Of a stretch of DNA of 64,000 nucleotides, positions 23,177 to 33,900 are shown in pieces. Under the pieces are notes generated by a model. That model saw only the letters and a list, made by a program, of their open reading frames with translations, was not told where the DNA came from and did not search any database. Origin of the DNA: an uncultured Thermoleophilia bacterium (lineage in GTDB: Bacteria > Actinomycetota > Thermoleophilia > UBA2241); contig CAVPQD010000016.1 of assembly GCA_963707335.1 (NCBI GenBank), positions 815-64,814 on the forward strand, given 5' to 3'. The stretch's first letter is position 1. Each line of letters opens with the position of its first letter. The translations under genes were made by a program, and so were the position numbers.

Positions 23177-23533
23177 GTGCACGAGCTGGGTATCACGCAG
23201 GGCGTCATCGACAGGGCGCGCGAGGCGGCGCAGCGCAACGGCGCGCGCAAGGTCACCGACGTGTTCCTGGTCATGACCCCTGCCGCCGACTTCACGCAGG
23301 ACTCCATCGAGATGTACTTCGAGATGCTCACGGACGAGGACGAGCTCTTCAAGGGCGCTGCGCTGCATTTCGAACAGCGCCCGGTGGCGGCGACCTGCCT
23401 GAGCTGCAGCGACGAGTTCAGCACGGACGCGCCGCAGCCTGTCTGCCCACAGTGCGGCTCGCGGCAGGTGCGCTTCGACCCTGAGGCGCCGATGGTGCAG
23501 CTCACGGACATCGGCATCGACGACGGCGACTGA
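23177..23533 (+). CDS. hypA: HypA/HybF-type hydrogenase nickel-insertion (metallochaperone) protein
   Basis: 118 aa starting MHELGITQ (the HypA MHE motif), with a CxxC...CxxC zinc ribbon (CLSCS...CPQCG). RBS GAGGAGG. No hypB or hydrogenase genes are in the window. Confidence 0.8.
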   Translation: MHELGITQGVIDRAREAAQRNGARKVTDVFLVMTPAADFTQDSIEMYFEMLTDEDELFKGAALHFEQRPVAATCLSCSDEFSTDAPQPVCPQCGSRQVRFDPEAPMVQLTDIGIDDGD

Positions 23534-23548
23534 GGAGCCTTTGGGCGG

Positions 23549-24556
23549 TCAGCGACGCTGCTGCTCCGCAGGCTCGAGGAAGTACGAGCGCATCGGGGTC
23601 AGCTGCAGCGCCGCCTCGAGGCGGCTCACGGGACGAGCCGCGGTGAGCGCGCCGGCGTAGGCGGCGCGCTTCGCGACCGGCGTGAGCGCCGCCGACATGC
23701 TGCGCCGGCCGCCGTCTGCAGCCTCCGCTTGATACAGCCGGTGTTTCTGCAGACCCGGGAACAGCGAGCCGACGAGCTGCGACGCGTTGTGGCGCCGCGA
23801 GTAGTCACGCGTCGCGGCGATCCGCAGGCCGGCGCGGGCGACGAACCTGGGGAAGGTCGTGGACTCGAAGTGCGTGAGGTGCCGCGGCAGATCGAGGGCG
23901 AGCCAGCGGCCGCCGAACGCGCGGGCCTGTGGCGAGTCCAGCAGCGGCAGGTACAGCACGGCCACGAGAGCGCCGGGCGCCAGCAGGGCCCGCGCCCGGC
24001 GCAGGGACCCCAGCGGGTCGTGCAGGTGCTCAAGCACCCCCGAGAGCACGACGATGTCGTAGCGCTCGAGAGCCGGGTCGAGCTGCTCGAAGCGTCCCCG
24101 GTCGACGTCGAGGCCGCGGGCGCGAGCGGCCGCGACGGCTTCCGGCGACGGCTCCAGGCCGCAGGCCTCCCAGCCGTCGCCGCGCAGCGCCAGCAGCAGG
24201 TCCCCGCGTCCGCAGCCGACATCGAGCAGGCGACCGCGGCTGGGGCGAAGCTCCGCCAGCCAGCGCACGGCCTCTCGTTGCTGGCGCGCCCGATACGCGG
24301 CCTCGATGCCGTCGAGTAGTCCGCGACGCTCGAGGCCGCTATAGGTCGGCGGGTAGAAGCCGCCGATGGCCGCGGCGGTGGGGCGCGGCCGCGTGTACGC
24401 GAGGCCGCAGGCATCGCAGCGCACGACCGTGTGCAACGTCGGGTCGTCCGGCCGCAGGCGGTCCGGGGCGCGGCCAACGATACGCGCCGCCGTGCCTCCG
24501 CACAGCGGGCACAGGACGTCCTCGAAGCGGTCGTCTGGCGGGGCGGGAGGGTCCAT
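23549..24556 (-). CDS. Class I SAM-dependent methyltransferase with an N-terminal zinc ribbon
   Basis: CPLCGG...RCDACG lies at the N-terminus. SAM motif I is LLDVGCGRGD, and IVVLSGVLEHL follows. Confidence 0.8.
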   Translation of the reverse strand: MDPPAPPDDRFEDVLCPLCGGTAARIVGRAPDRLRPDDPTLHTVVRCDACGLAYTRPRPTAAAIGGFYPPTYSGLERRGLLDGIEAAYRARQQREAVRWLAELRPSRGRLLDVGCGRGDLLLALRGDGWEACGLEPSPEAVAAARARGLDVDRGRFEQLDPALERYDIVVLSGVLEHLHDPLGSLRRARALLAPGALVAVLYLPLLDSPQARAFGGRWLALDLPRHLTHFESTTFPRFVARAGLRIAATRDYSRRHNASQLVGSLFPGLQKHRLYQAEAADGGRRSMSAALTPVAKRAAYAGALTAARPVSRLEAALQLTPMRSYFLEPAEQQRR

Positions 24557-24613
24557 GACGCCGTCATCCTACCCGAGCTGACGCCACGTGGCCGCGGTGG
24601 CGACCCGCCACGC

Positions 24614-25129
24614 CTACGGCTGCCGGCGGAGCGTCCTCACTCGGCGCCGGCCGTGCAGGACCTGGGCGTCGCCGGGCACCACGCTGATCGAGCCGTCCAC
24701 TTCGAGGACGACGAGTCGCGTGTCGCTCACGTCGGAGACGCCGTGCTCCCGCAGCGCCATCATGGCGTCGTCCTCGTCAACGCCCTGGTGGCGCATCACG
24801 TCCGGGATCCAGTGGCCGTCCTTGGCGATGACGGCCGGGTGACCCTGGAGCAGCGACGCCACCGGCTTGTAGCGCACGCGCAGCAGCGCGATCAGCGCAT
24901 TCAGCCCGAAGAGGACGACGACGATCACGAGGCCGCCTCCCAGCGAGACATCCGGGCCCGTCATGGCTGGCTGCACGGCGTTCGCGACCAGCAGGATCAG
25001 GACGAGGTCGGCGATAGTGAACTGGCCGACCTCCCGCTTGCCGAACACGCGCAGGGCCACGAGGAAGACGAGATAGATGACGAGCGTGCGGACGACGATC
25101 TGCCAGACCGGTTCAGCGAGATGGAACAT
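24614..25129 (-). CDS. DUF421 (YetF-like) membrane protein
   Basis: MFHLAEPVWQIVVRTLVIYLVFLVALRVFGKREVGQFTIADLVLILLVANA followed by a soluble C-terminal domain. This is the typical DUF421 layout. Confidence 0.75.
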   Translation of the reverse strand: MFHLAEPVWQIVVRTLVIYLVFLVALRVFGKREVGQFTIADLVLILLVANAVQPAMTGPDVSLGGGLVIVVVLFGLNALIALLRVRYKPVASLLQGHPAVIAKDGHWIPDVMRHQGVDEDDAMMALREHGVSDVSDTRLVVLEVDGSISVVPGDAQVLHGRRRVRTLRRQP

Positions 25130-25242
25130 CTGGCCCCCTCCCCCCACGATGGCTACGCGGCGATGCTACCACCGGGCGGCGTGCGGAGCTGTGGTTTCGC
25201 GCCGGGTCCGCGCGGCGATCGGGATGCGAACGAGAAGGAGGA

Positions 25243-25318
25243 TGGTGGAGCATAGCGGATTCGAACCGCTGACCTCCTGGGTGCGATCCAGGCGCTCTCC
25301 CAACTGAGCTAATGCCCC
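25243..25318 (-). tRNA. tRNA-Ala, anticodon CGC
   Basis: 76 nt: GGGGCAUUAGCUCAGUUGGGAGAGCGCCUGGAUCGCACCCAGGAGGUCAGCGGUUCGAAUCCGCUAUGCUCCACCA. It folds as a cloverleaf with the G3:U70 alanine identity pair, a GUUCGAAUC T-loop and an encoded CCA. Confidence 0.95.
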
Positions 25319-25453
25319 ACGAACGTCGCGGCCGCCTGCGCGGGGAAGTCATGTTATACGGTATTCCCGCTCGCCGCTGCAAGCCGACCGCGGCTTCCGG
25401 ACGCGCTCCGCGATGGCGTAGACTGAGCCGGCCCAACCCCTCGAGGAGCGCCC

Positions 25454-26587
25454 ATGAAGATCACGGCCGTTCACGTCGACACGCTCGAACTCGCGTTCGC
25501 CGAACCCTTCGTCATCGCGTCGTCGGCGATGGCCGTGGGTCCCTGCGACCTCATCAGCGTCGAGACGGACGAGGGCATCACCGGCTACGGCGAGACGTGT
25601 CCCGCCTACGAGTTCACAGGGGACACGCTGTGGACGGTGGAGGACGTCATCGGTGAGTACCTCGGACCGGCGGTCCTGGGCATGGACCCCTTCGACATCG
25701 AAGCGATCGTGCACCGCTGGGAGCGCGAGCTCTGGGTGGTCGGCAACCAGGGCGCCCGCGCCGGGCTGGAGATGGCCCTCTGGGACATCCAGGGCAAGGC
25801 CCTCGGGCGCACGCTCGCCGATCTCATCGGCGGCCGGACGCGCGACGGGCTGCCCGAGGTCGTCGCCTTCGGCTGGGACGAGCCCGAGTCTCTCGCGGCC
25901 AAGACGCGCGAGATGCGCGCCGAAGGCGTCACCATCTTCAAGATCAAGGTGGGCGATGCCGCGGAGCGGGATGCCGCGCGCGTGGCCGCGGTGCGGGAGG
26001 CGGCCGGGCCGGAGGCGCGCATCACGGTCGACGCCAATCAGGGCTGGTGGGACGCGAAGACGGCGTTGCGAGCGATCAGGCTGCTCGAGCCGTCCGGCAT
26101 CGAGCTCGTCGAGCAGCCGGTGCGCATCGACGACCTGCGGGCGGCGCGCTGGCTGCGCGACCGCGTGGACGTGCCCATCGCCCTGGACGAGTCGGTGCGC
26201 GGCCCCCGCGAAGCCCTGGCCGCGGTCGAGGCTGAGGCGTGCGACGTGTTCGTCGTGAAGCTCATGAAGACGGGCGGCATCCTCAACGCGCTCAAGGTGA
26301 ACGCCATCGCCGAGGCGGCGGGCGTCTCGGTGATGATCGGCAATATGGGGGAGAGCAGCCTGGGCCTCGCGGCCCACTTCCACCTGGCGGCGGCGCTCGC
26401 CAACGTCGCGCACTGCGACGCCGACCTGCCGTGGCGACCCGGCGGCCTGGTGCGGGACATCGGCCGCGGCCTCGGGGTCGAGGTGCGGGCGCAGGGCTCC
26501 ACGGTCCTCCTCCCCGACGGACCGGGGATCGGCGTCACGATCGACGAGGAGGCGGTGGCCGCGCAGCGCGTGGCGCGCCGCTGGTGA
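25454..26587 (+). CDS. Enolase-superfamily enzyme (mandelate racemase/muconate lactonizing family; dipeptide-epimerase-like)
   Basis: 377 aa. Contains FKIKVG, ITVDANQGW, ELVEQP, IALDES and VVKLMKTGG, matching the MR/MLE metal-ligand and catalytic-Lys pattern. Confidence 0.85.
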   Translation: MKITAVHVDTLELAFAEPFVIASSAMAVGPCDLISVETDEGITGYGETCPAYEFTGDTLWTVEDVIGEYLGPAVLGMDPFDIEAIVHRWERELWVVGNQGARAGLEMALWDIQGKALGRTLADLIGGRTRDGLPEVVAFGWDEPESLAAKTREMRAEGVTIFKIKVGDAAERDAARVAAVREAAGPEARITVDANQGWWDAKTALRAIRLLEPSGIELVEQPVRIDDLRAARWLRDRVDVPIALDESVRGPREALAAVEAEACDVFVVKLMKTGGILNALKVNAIAEAAGVSVMIGNMGESSLGLAAHFHLAAALANVAHCDADLPWRPGGLVRDIGRGLGVEVRAQGSTVLLPDGPGIGVTIDEEAVAAQRVARRW

Positions 26588-26598
26588 GAGGAGGACGT

Positions 26599-27681
26599 GT
26601 GGACCCCAAGGATGTGAGGGCGGCCTGGGATCGAGCGGCGCAGCGCGCGGCGGCGGCCGGAGGCCGCCCGGAGCGCGCGATGCGGGCGATCCTGCGAGAC
26701 GACATCCCCACGTTCATGGAGGCGCCGGCCGCCGCGGGTCCCGACGACCTGGCCGGCGCCGACGTCGCCGTGCTCGGCATCCCCTACGAAGGCGTCAAGA
26801 TCCTGGACCCGGTCACCTACGCGCCGGCGCTGGCGGCGCCCGCGCCGGAGGACAGCATCTACTACCGCTCCGGCGCCGACGAGGGGCCGGCGGGCATCCG
26901 CCGTCACTCCGTGTTCTACTCGCTGCGGCACGGTCGCGGCCTCATCCCCGAAGTGGGCCGCGACCTGGTCATCCAGGACCACCTGCGCATCGTCGACTAC
27001 GGCGACGTGGCCGTTGACCAGGGCGACGTGGAGACGACGTTCCTGAGGGCTCACGAGAAGCTTGCCGACATCCTCGCCGCCGGGGCCGTGCCCATCGTGT
27101 TCGGCGGCGACCATTCCATCCCCATCCCCGTGCTGCAGGTGCTTGCCGGCAAGCTGTCCGGCAAGCTGGGCGTCGTCGCCTTTGACTCGCACTTCGACAT
27201 GAGCTTCGAGCCCAAGTACTGGGCGGGTTCACAGTGGGCGCGGGCGTTCGAGCTCGGGGTGGTCGAACCCGCGAACTTCGTCCAGATCGGCATCCGCGGC
27301 GTGCGGGAGTCGCTCGGCGACAAGCACGTCGCCGACGAACTGGGATACGTCTACTACACCATGGCCGACGTCGACGAGCTCGGCATCGCGGCCGTCGCCC
27401 AGGAGGCGCTGGAGGCCGCCGCCGCCGGCACCGAGGCTGTGTACGTCTCGCTGGACATCGACGTGGTGGACCCCGCCCACGGTGGCCAGAAGTACCCGGA
27501 CCCTGCCGGCCTGAGCGCCCGCGAGCTGCTGCGTGCCCTGCGCACGCTCAGCACCGGACGCATCGCCGCTTTTGACATCTGCTGTCTGGCGCCGCGCTAC
27601 GACCTGCAGGGGCACCTGAGCCAGCTCGCGGCTCGCGCCGCCGTGGAGGTCATCGCCGGTCTCGCGCTGCAGCGTCCCTGA
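26599..27681 (+). CDS. Ureohydrolase (arginase/agmatinase/guanidino-acid hydrolase family)
   Basis: GTG follows AGGAGG. The Mn-binding motifs FGGDHSI, AFDSHFD and SLDIDVVDP are all present. The N-terminal boundary is uncertain; an alternative ATG lies near 26680. Confidence 0.8.
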   Translation: MDPKDVRAAWDRAAQRAAAAGGRPERAMRAILRDDIPTFMEAPAAAGPDDLAGADVAVLGIPYEGVKILDPVTYAPALAAPAPEDSIYYRSGADEGPAGIRRHSVFYSLRHGRGLIPEVGRDLVIQDHLRIVDYGDVAVDQGDVETTFLRAHEKLADILAAGAVPIVFGGDHSIPIPVLQVLAGKLSGKLGVVAFDSHFDMSFEPKYWAGSQWARAFELGVVEPANFVQIGIRGVRESLGDKHVADELGYVYYTMADVDELGIAAVAQEALEAAAAGTEAVYVSLDIDVVDPAHGGQKYPDPAGLSARELLRALRTLSTGRIAAFDICCLAPRYDLQGHLSQLAARAAVEVIAGLALQRP

Positions 27682-27780
27682 AGCCCGGGCACCATTCCCT
27701 AGACGGTCGTCCCATGTCGGGGTCGCCCTCGCGCACCGACACAGTCCCTGGAGCACGAAGGACGAAGGGAGGAGGGCGAC

Positions 27781-27954
27781 GTGACGCGCGAAGAGAAGGA
27801 CAGGGCGGTCGACAAGGTGCTGGCGAGATACAAGCACCTCGGCGCGACGATCGTCGCCGACGATCAGACGCTGTGTCGCCTCCTGCGGATGCTCGAGTTC
27901 TCGAACTCCGACAGGGACGTGGGCGAGTATCTCTGCTCCTTCCTCACCGCCTGA
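27781..27954 (+). CDS. Small ORF (57 aa) with a very strong RBS, below the ORF-track size cutoff; unknown function
   Basis: GAAGGGAGGAGGG-cgac-GTG. The translation is VTREEKDRAVDKVLARYKHLGATIVADDQTLCRLLRMLEFSNSDRDVGEYLCSFLTA*. Third codon positions are mostly G/C. It is followed by the short hairpin gcccc-tgacc-ggggc at 27961-27975. Confidence 0.4.
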   Translation: MTREEKDRAVDKVLARYKHLGATIVADDQTLCRLLRMLEFSNSDRDVGEYLCSFLTA

Positions 27955-27993
27955 AGCCTTGCCCCTGACCGGGGCGGCTCGGCGGAGCGGGTG

Positions 27994-30900
27994 TCAGCGG
28001 CTCCTCACCTCGCCCGACAGGACACGTTCGAACGCCGCCGCGAGGTGGCGGTCGTCACGCAAGGCGGGGCAGTTGAGCAACTCGTCCAGGGCCTCGGCCT
28101 CCGACAGCTGCTCGCGGTAGGGACGCTCCGCGACCATGGCCTGATAGGCGACCGCCAGCTCCACCACCTCGCGACCCGTCCCGGTCAAGCCCCGCGGCGA
28201 GTCTGTCTCGGCCAGCGAGGCCATGGCCCGCAGGTCGCGACCGTCCAGGCCCAGTTCCGAGGCGACCGCCTGGGCGAGATGCGCGACGGCGTAGCGGCGA
28301 CGCCGCTCATAGGCGTCGCGCGCGGCCACCAGCTCCGACATGGCCGCCACGTAGCTCGACGTCACGGACGCCGCCTGCTCCGGCGTGTCGGTGCCGTGCT
28401 GGGCGCTGAAGCTCATGACCTGGTCACGCCCGCGCCGTTTGGCGAGGTACATGGCCCAGTCGGCCTTGTCGATGAGCTCCTCCTTGAACATGGCGTCGGC
28501 GGGGCACGAGGCGACACCGATGCTGATCGACAGCGAGTCGGCAGCCGCTACCTTCGCCCCGAGGATGCCGGCGCGGATGCGCTCGGCCACCTCGAGGGCG
28601 CCTTGCTCGTCGGTGTCGATCAGGATGGCGGCGAACTCCTCGCCGCCGAAGCGGGCCGCTATGTCCACGTGGCGTATCGAGCTCTCGATGACGCGCGCCA
28701 CCGCGCGCAGGGCCTCGTCGCCGGCGCTGTGGCCGTGGACCTCGTTGAAGGCGCGGAAGTTGTCCAGGTCGCAGAACAGCAGTGACACGCGGCCGTCCTG
28801 ATCCAGGCAGCGCTCGATCTCTTCGCTGAGCCGCTCGTGGAAGTAGCGGTGGTTGTAGAGGCCGGTCAGACCGTCCGTGATGGCCTCGATCTCCGAGCGT
28901 CCCGCCTGCACGGCGGCTGTGTGCAGCATGGACGCAAAGGCCTGGGCCACACTGCTGCGGAGCCCTTCGAACTCGCCGATCTCCTCGGTCGCCGGGATGT
29001 CCGCGGTCACGGCCGCCACCACGCGGCCGTCCTGGTCCAGCACCGGCGCCGTGCCGCTGATCCAGACGCCCCACTGGTCCACGAAGAGCACGTTGACGTC
29101 CAGGTCGCGGCCGGCGAACACTTCGACGAGCTCGTCGTCGGTGAGCACCTCGTCGCCGATGCGCGGCTTGCCCGGGCCATCTTGACCGGAGTCCACGACG
29201 ACCACGGTCTTCTTCCCGATGCGCACATGGGAGCTGATGAAGCGCGTCGGCGGGTTGGCGACGCAGACCTCGCGGAACGCCTCGAGGATGTGTCCGTATT
29301 CGGGGCGCTTCTCATCGCCCGGCGACCTCAGCCGCGCGTGCTCCTCCGGGTCGACGCGGGCGGCCGCATCCCTCGCGACCTGTCGCGCCTGCTGTCGTCC
29401 CTCGGCGAGCCGCCGGAGCACGGCGATGAACGAGTCGACCATGTCCGGGTCGAACTGCGTGCCGCGGCAGCGCTTCAGCTCGGCGAGGCACTCCTCGTAG
29501 GACAGCCCTTGGCGGTACGGGCGGCGGAAGGACATGGCGTCATACGAGTCCACCACGCACATCGCGCGAGCGATGAGCGGGATGTCCTCGCCCGCCAGGC
29601 CGTCGGGGTAGCCGCCGCCCTCGTAGTGCTCGTGATGGTGACGCACGCCGAGCACGAGCTCGTCGGAGAACAGCGAGCGGATGATGTCCGCGCTGAAGAT
29701 CGGGTGCTGGCGCATCAGCTCCCACTCGCGCGCATTGAGGCCGCTCGGCTTGAGCAGCACGCGGTCCGAGACCCCGATCTTGCCGATGTCGTGCAGGTAC
29801 GCCGCCTCCTCCACCTGGCGGAGCAGGTCGACCGGCCAGCCGAGCGCTTCGCCGAGCAGCACCATGTAGGCGGCGACGCGGGCGGCGTGGCCCAACGTGT
29901 AGTAGTCCTTGGCGTTCAGCGCCGAGCTGAGCGCCTTCAGGTTGCTCAGGTGCAGGTGCTTGATGTCCTCGTACATGCGGGCGTTGTCGATGGCCAGGGC
30001 AAGATGGGTGCCGGTCCGCTCCAGGAGGTGCCGGTCCACCGTCTCGAACGTGGACGGCGCCAGGGAGCCGAGGCTGAGCACGCCGATCAGCTCGGTCCCC
30101 TTGGTCAGTGCGATGAGCGCCGCCGAGCGGAGCTCATCGACGCCGGGCAGCTCGAAACCGGCCGGCAGGTCGGCAGGCAGCGCCAACGCGATGACCTTCT
30201 CGTCGCGAAGACGTCCAAGCAGGCCGTTGGCCATCGGGATGCTGAGCGTCTCGGGCACGGCGCTGGAGCGGGGCTGCGTGACGTAGGCCACGTCGAACGT
30301 CTGGTCGTCGCGTCTGAGCGCCACGAGGCCGCGATCGAAGGGAGTGATCCGCCGCAGCTTATCGATGGCGGCGGCGGCGATGTCCGGCAGGTTGAGGCTG
30401 GCGCTGGTGGCCCAGGCGATCTCGTTGAGCAGCTCGTTCTCGCGGTTGCGCAACTGCAGGTTCTCCACGAGGTTGGCGTTGTCGATGGCCAGGGCGGCGA
30501 CGCGGCAGACCGCGGACACCGTGTCGATCTCTTCCGGGGAGAAGCTGCGCGGGCTCCGGCGGTCCAGCAACTCGAGCACGCCGATGACGCGCTCCTTGGA
30601 GATGAGCGGCACGGCGAGCTCACTCGTCTCCCCATACGACTCCATGAGGGCGCGTTCATCGGGCAGAAGGAGCGGATCGTCGAGCGTCTCGATGCTCACC
30701 GGTTGCCGCGTCTCGACGGCACGGCGCAGGGTCGCCCAGCCCTCGAGCGGGAACGAACGACCCTGCCACTCGTGGTCGATCTTGCCGTCGGCGACGCTCA
30801 CCACGTCCACCAGCGTGTCGCCCTGCAGGGTGTAGATGTCGCACATGGGCATGTCGGCCACGGCGCAGAGCCTGTTCGCCGTGGAGCGCAGCACCTCGCC

Positions 30901-33900
30901 CAGGTCCAGCGATGACGACAGCTCGTAGCTCACGTCCGTCACCAGCGCCATGCGGTCGGCGCTGCGGTCGAGGCGCTCGAAGAGCGTCGCGTTGGCCAGC
31001 GCGTTGGCGGCCACCTGAGCCAGGCTCTGCAGCAGGTCGAGGTGCTCGAAGTCCCGCGGATGGTCGTCGTAGATCGCGGCGATGCCGACGACCTGTCCGC
31101 GGCTCACCAGAGGCAGCTCAAGCTTGGCGCGGTGGCCCCATCGCAGATCCTCGTCGCGCTCGTGTGTCGACAAGCGAGCGTCCTCCGCGATGTCGGTCAC
31201 CAGCAGCGGCTCCTGCGTGCGGACCGCGCCGCTGCTGAGCGGCAGGTCGGCGAGCGGGTACACGGTGCCGACGTATGAGGCGTCCGCCGTGCCCTTGTCG
31301 ACGCAGGCGACGCAGCGGAACTCGTCGTCCTGGATCGTGTAGATGTCGCAGTTGGGCGCGTCGGTGACCGCGCAGAGTCTGCGCGCCACGCTCTGGAGGA
31401 CGGGGTCGAGCTCCAGCGTGGCGCCGAACTCGAGGCCAGATTCCACGAGCAGATTCAGCATCGCATTGCTCTGCTCGAGTCGCTCCAGCAGCAGCGCGTT
31501 CTCGAAGGCGCCGGCCAGCGTCTGGGCGGCATTGACCAGGAAGTCGCGGTACTCCGCGTAGTCCCGCCGGCGGGTGTCATAGACTTCGAGCAGGCCGACC
31601 ACGCGGTCTTCCACGGCCAGCGGCACGCAGATCTCGCTCGCTGAGGCCGATTCGCGATACAGCTCGCGTTCGTAGTCGCTCAGGCGCTCATCATCGGGTG
31701 ACGGGATGACGAGCACCTCGCGCCGCTCGAGAGCGTCGCGCGTGCTCGGGAACTGGTCGAGGTCCAGGGGGCGGCCGACGTAGTCGTCCTCATACACGCC
31801 GTTCTCGTAGGTGAGGACGCAGCGCAGCCGCTCGTGCTGCAGCGTGAAGAGCTGGCAGCCGGCCGCGCCCATCAGTTCGACGATGCGCGGCCCCACCGAC
31901 CGGACCATGTCGTCCAGGTCCACTGTGCCGGAGACCGCCCGGCCGAGCTCGACAAGCTCCGCAAGGGCCGCGTTGCGCCGCTCGAGCTCGTCCACGAGCA
32001 GCGCATTCTCGATGGCCCCGGCAGCCATCTGCCCCACGCTGCGCAGGTAGTCGAGAAACGCGGCGTAATCGCGCGGCTTCGTGTCGAACACGTCGATGAG
32101 GCCGATGACGCTCTCGCCTACGACGAGCGGGATACACAGTTCGCTCTGGAACCCGTATGCAGCGTAGTTCTCGCGCTCGTAGGCCGTGAGCCGAGGGTCG
32201 CCCAGACTCGAGATGATCATCGGCTCGCCGGAGTGCACCGCCATGGCCGTGGCCGGGAAGCGGTCCACGTCCAGCACGTCGCCGACCACCCGCTCATCGA
32301 AGCCGTTCAGATCGGCGCTGACCAGGCAGCGCAGCTGGTCGCCCTGCAGCGTGAAGATGTCGCAGTCGGCCGCCTGGATGGTGTCTCGCAGCCGGGCGGC
32401 GATGGTCCTGAGAAGCTCCTGGGGGTCGTGGGTCTGTGACGTGATCGCGCCAAGCTCCACGATCTCACGCAGCACGTTGGTCCGCTGCTCGATCTGCCCG
32501 AACAGGATGGAGCTCTCCAGCGCGCCGGCAAGCGTCTGTCCGACGCTGCGCAGGAAACCCAGGTACTCGGTGTAGTCGCGCTCGCGCGTGTCGTACATGT
32601 CGATGATCCCGTACAGGCGGTCGTTCACCACCAGCGGGATGCACACTTCGCTCGCGAAGCCGTACTCCCGGTAGATGCGACGCTCGCTCTCGCTGAGCTT
32701 CGGGTCGTCGTAGCCGTTGATGACGAGCACCTCGTGGGCGTTCATGGTGGTGACGAGCGTGGGGTAACTGTCCGGGTCCAGGATCCGGCCGACCGGCTGG
32801 TCGTCGAACCCGCTGCGGTCGTAGCTCGCCACGCACTGCAACCCCTCGGCGCTCACCTGGAAGATGTCGCAGTTCGCCGCATCGATCGCCCTGAGCAGGC
32901 GCTCCGCCATGCGCCTAACCAGAGCGTCGACGTCGCGGGAGCGGCTGGCCAGGGCGCCGAGGTCGACGAGTTCGTTGAGGATGCGGCTGCGTCGCTCCAC
33001 CTGATCGAACAACGTCGCGTTCTCCAGAGCATGAGCGGCCACCTGGCCGAGGCCGCGGATGAGCTCGAGCTCGGCGTCGAAGTCGCGAGGGACGTAGTCT
33101 GACAGTTCCACGAGGCCAAGCACGCGGCCGGCGGCGATCAACGGCATCGAAAGCTGCGACTGGTAGCCCCACTTCTCCAGGGAATAACGACCGTCTGGGC
33201 CAAGTACAGGATCGTCCAGGCTGGCCGCCACCGCGATCTCGCCTGTCTCCGCCGCGCGCCTGCTGCACGGATACCGTGACAGCGGGATGACGACACCTTC
33301 CCACTCGTCATCGAAGGCTCCGCCGTCGAAGCTGACGAGAGCACGCAGCGTGTCGCTTTCGACCGCGTAGATATCGGCCACGGGGGAGTGGGTCAGCTCC
33401 GCGAGGCGTCGGACGACCGAGTGCAGCACCTCGTCGGTGCTGAGACGCGCCGTGTCCTCGAGACCCGCTTCGATCACCAGCGCAAGGTCCCGGTTGCGGC
33501 GCTGCAGACGGTCGATGACGTCGCCGCTGCCCAGCGCCGCGGCAAGGCTGTCCGCAACGACATCCAGGATCGGCCGCCACGAGTCGAGGCCGGCGGGCTG
33601 CGCCGTGCCGGCCTCCAGGAGGCCGACCACGCTGTCGCCGTACCGGAGCGGACGGAAGGTCGCACCGGTCAGGCCGCGATCTTCCAGGAAGCGCCGCGTC
33701 GCATCATCTAGGCCTGGGCCGCCGGTCACCGCGACCGTCGCACCGCCGGCGATGGCCTCGGCCGCCGCCGCCGGTGCGCCGAGGGTGAGGCTCTCGGGCA
33801 CGGGCCGGCCGGCCGGCGACCAGGCAGTCGGCACGAGGCGCGCGTCCTGGAGATGATAGAGCGTGCAGGAGCAGATGTCGGGGTGTTCGGCGAGGGCGTC

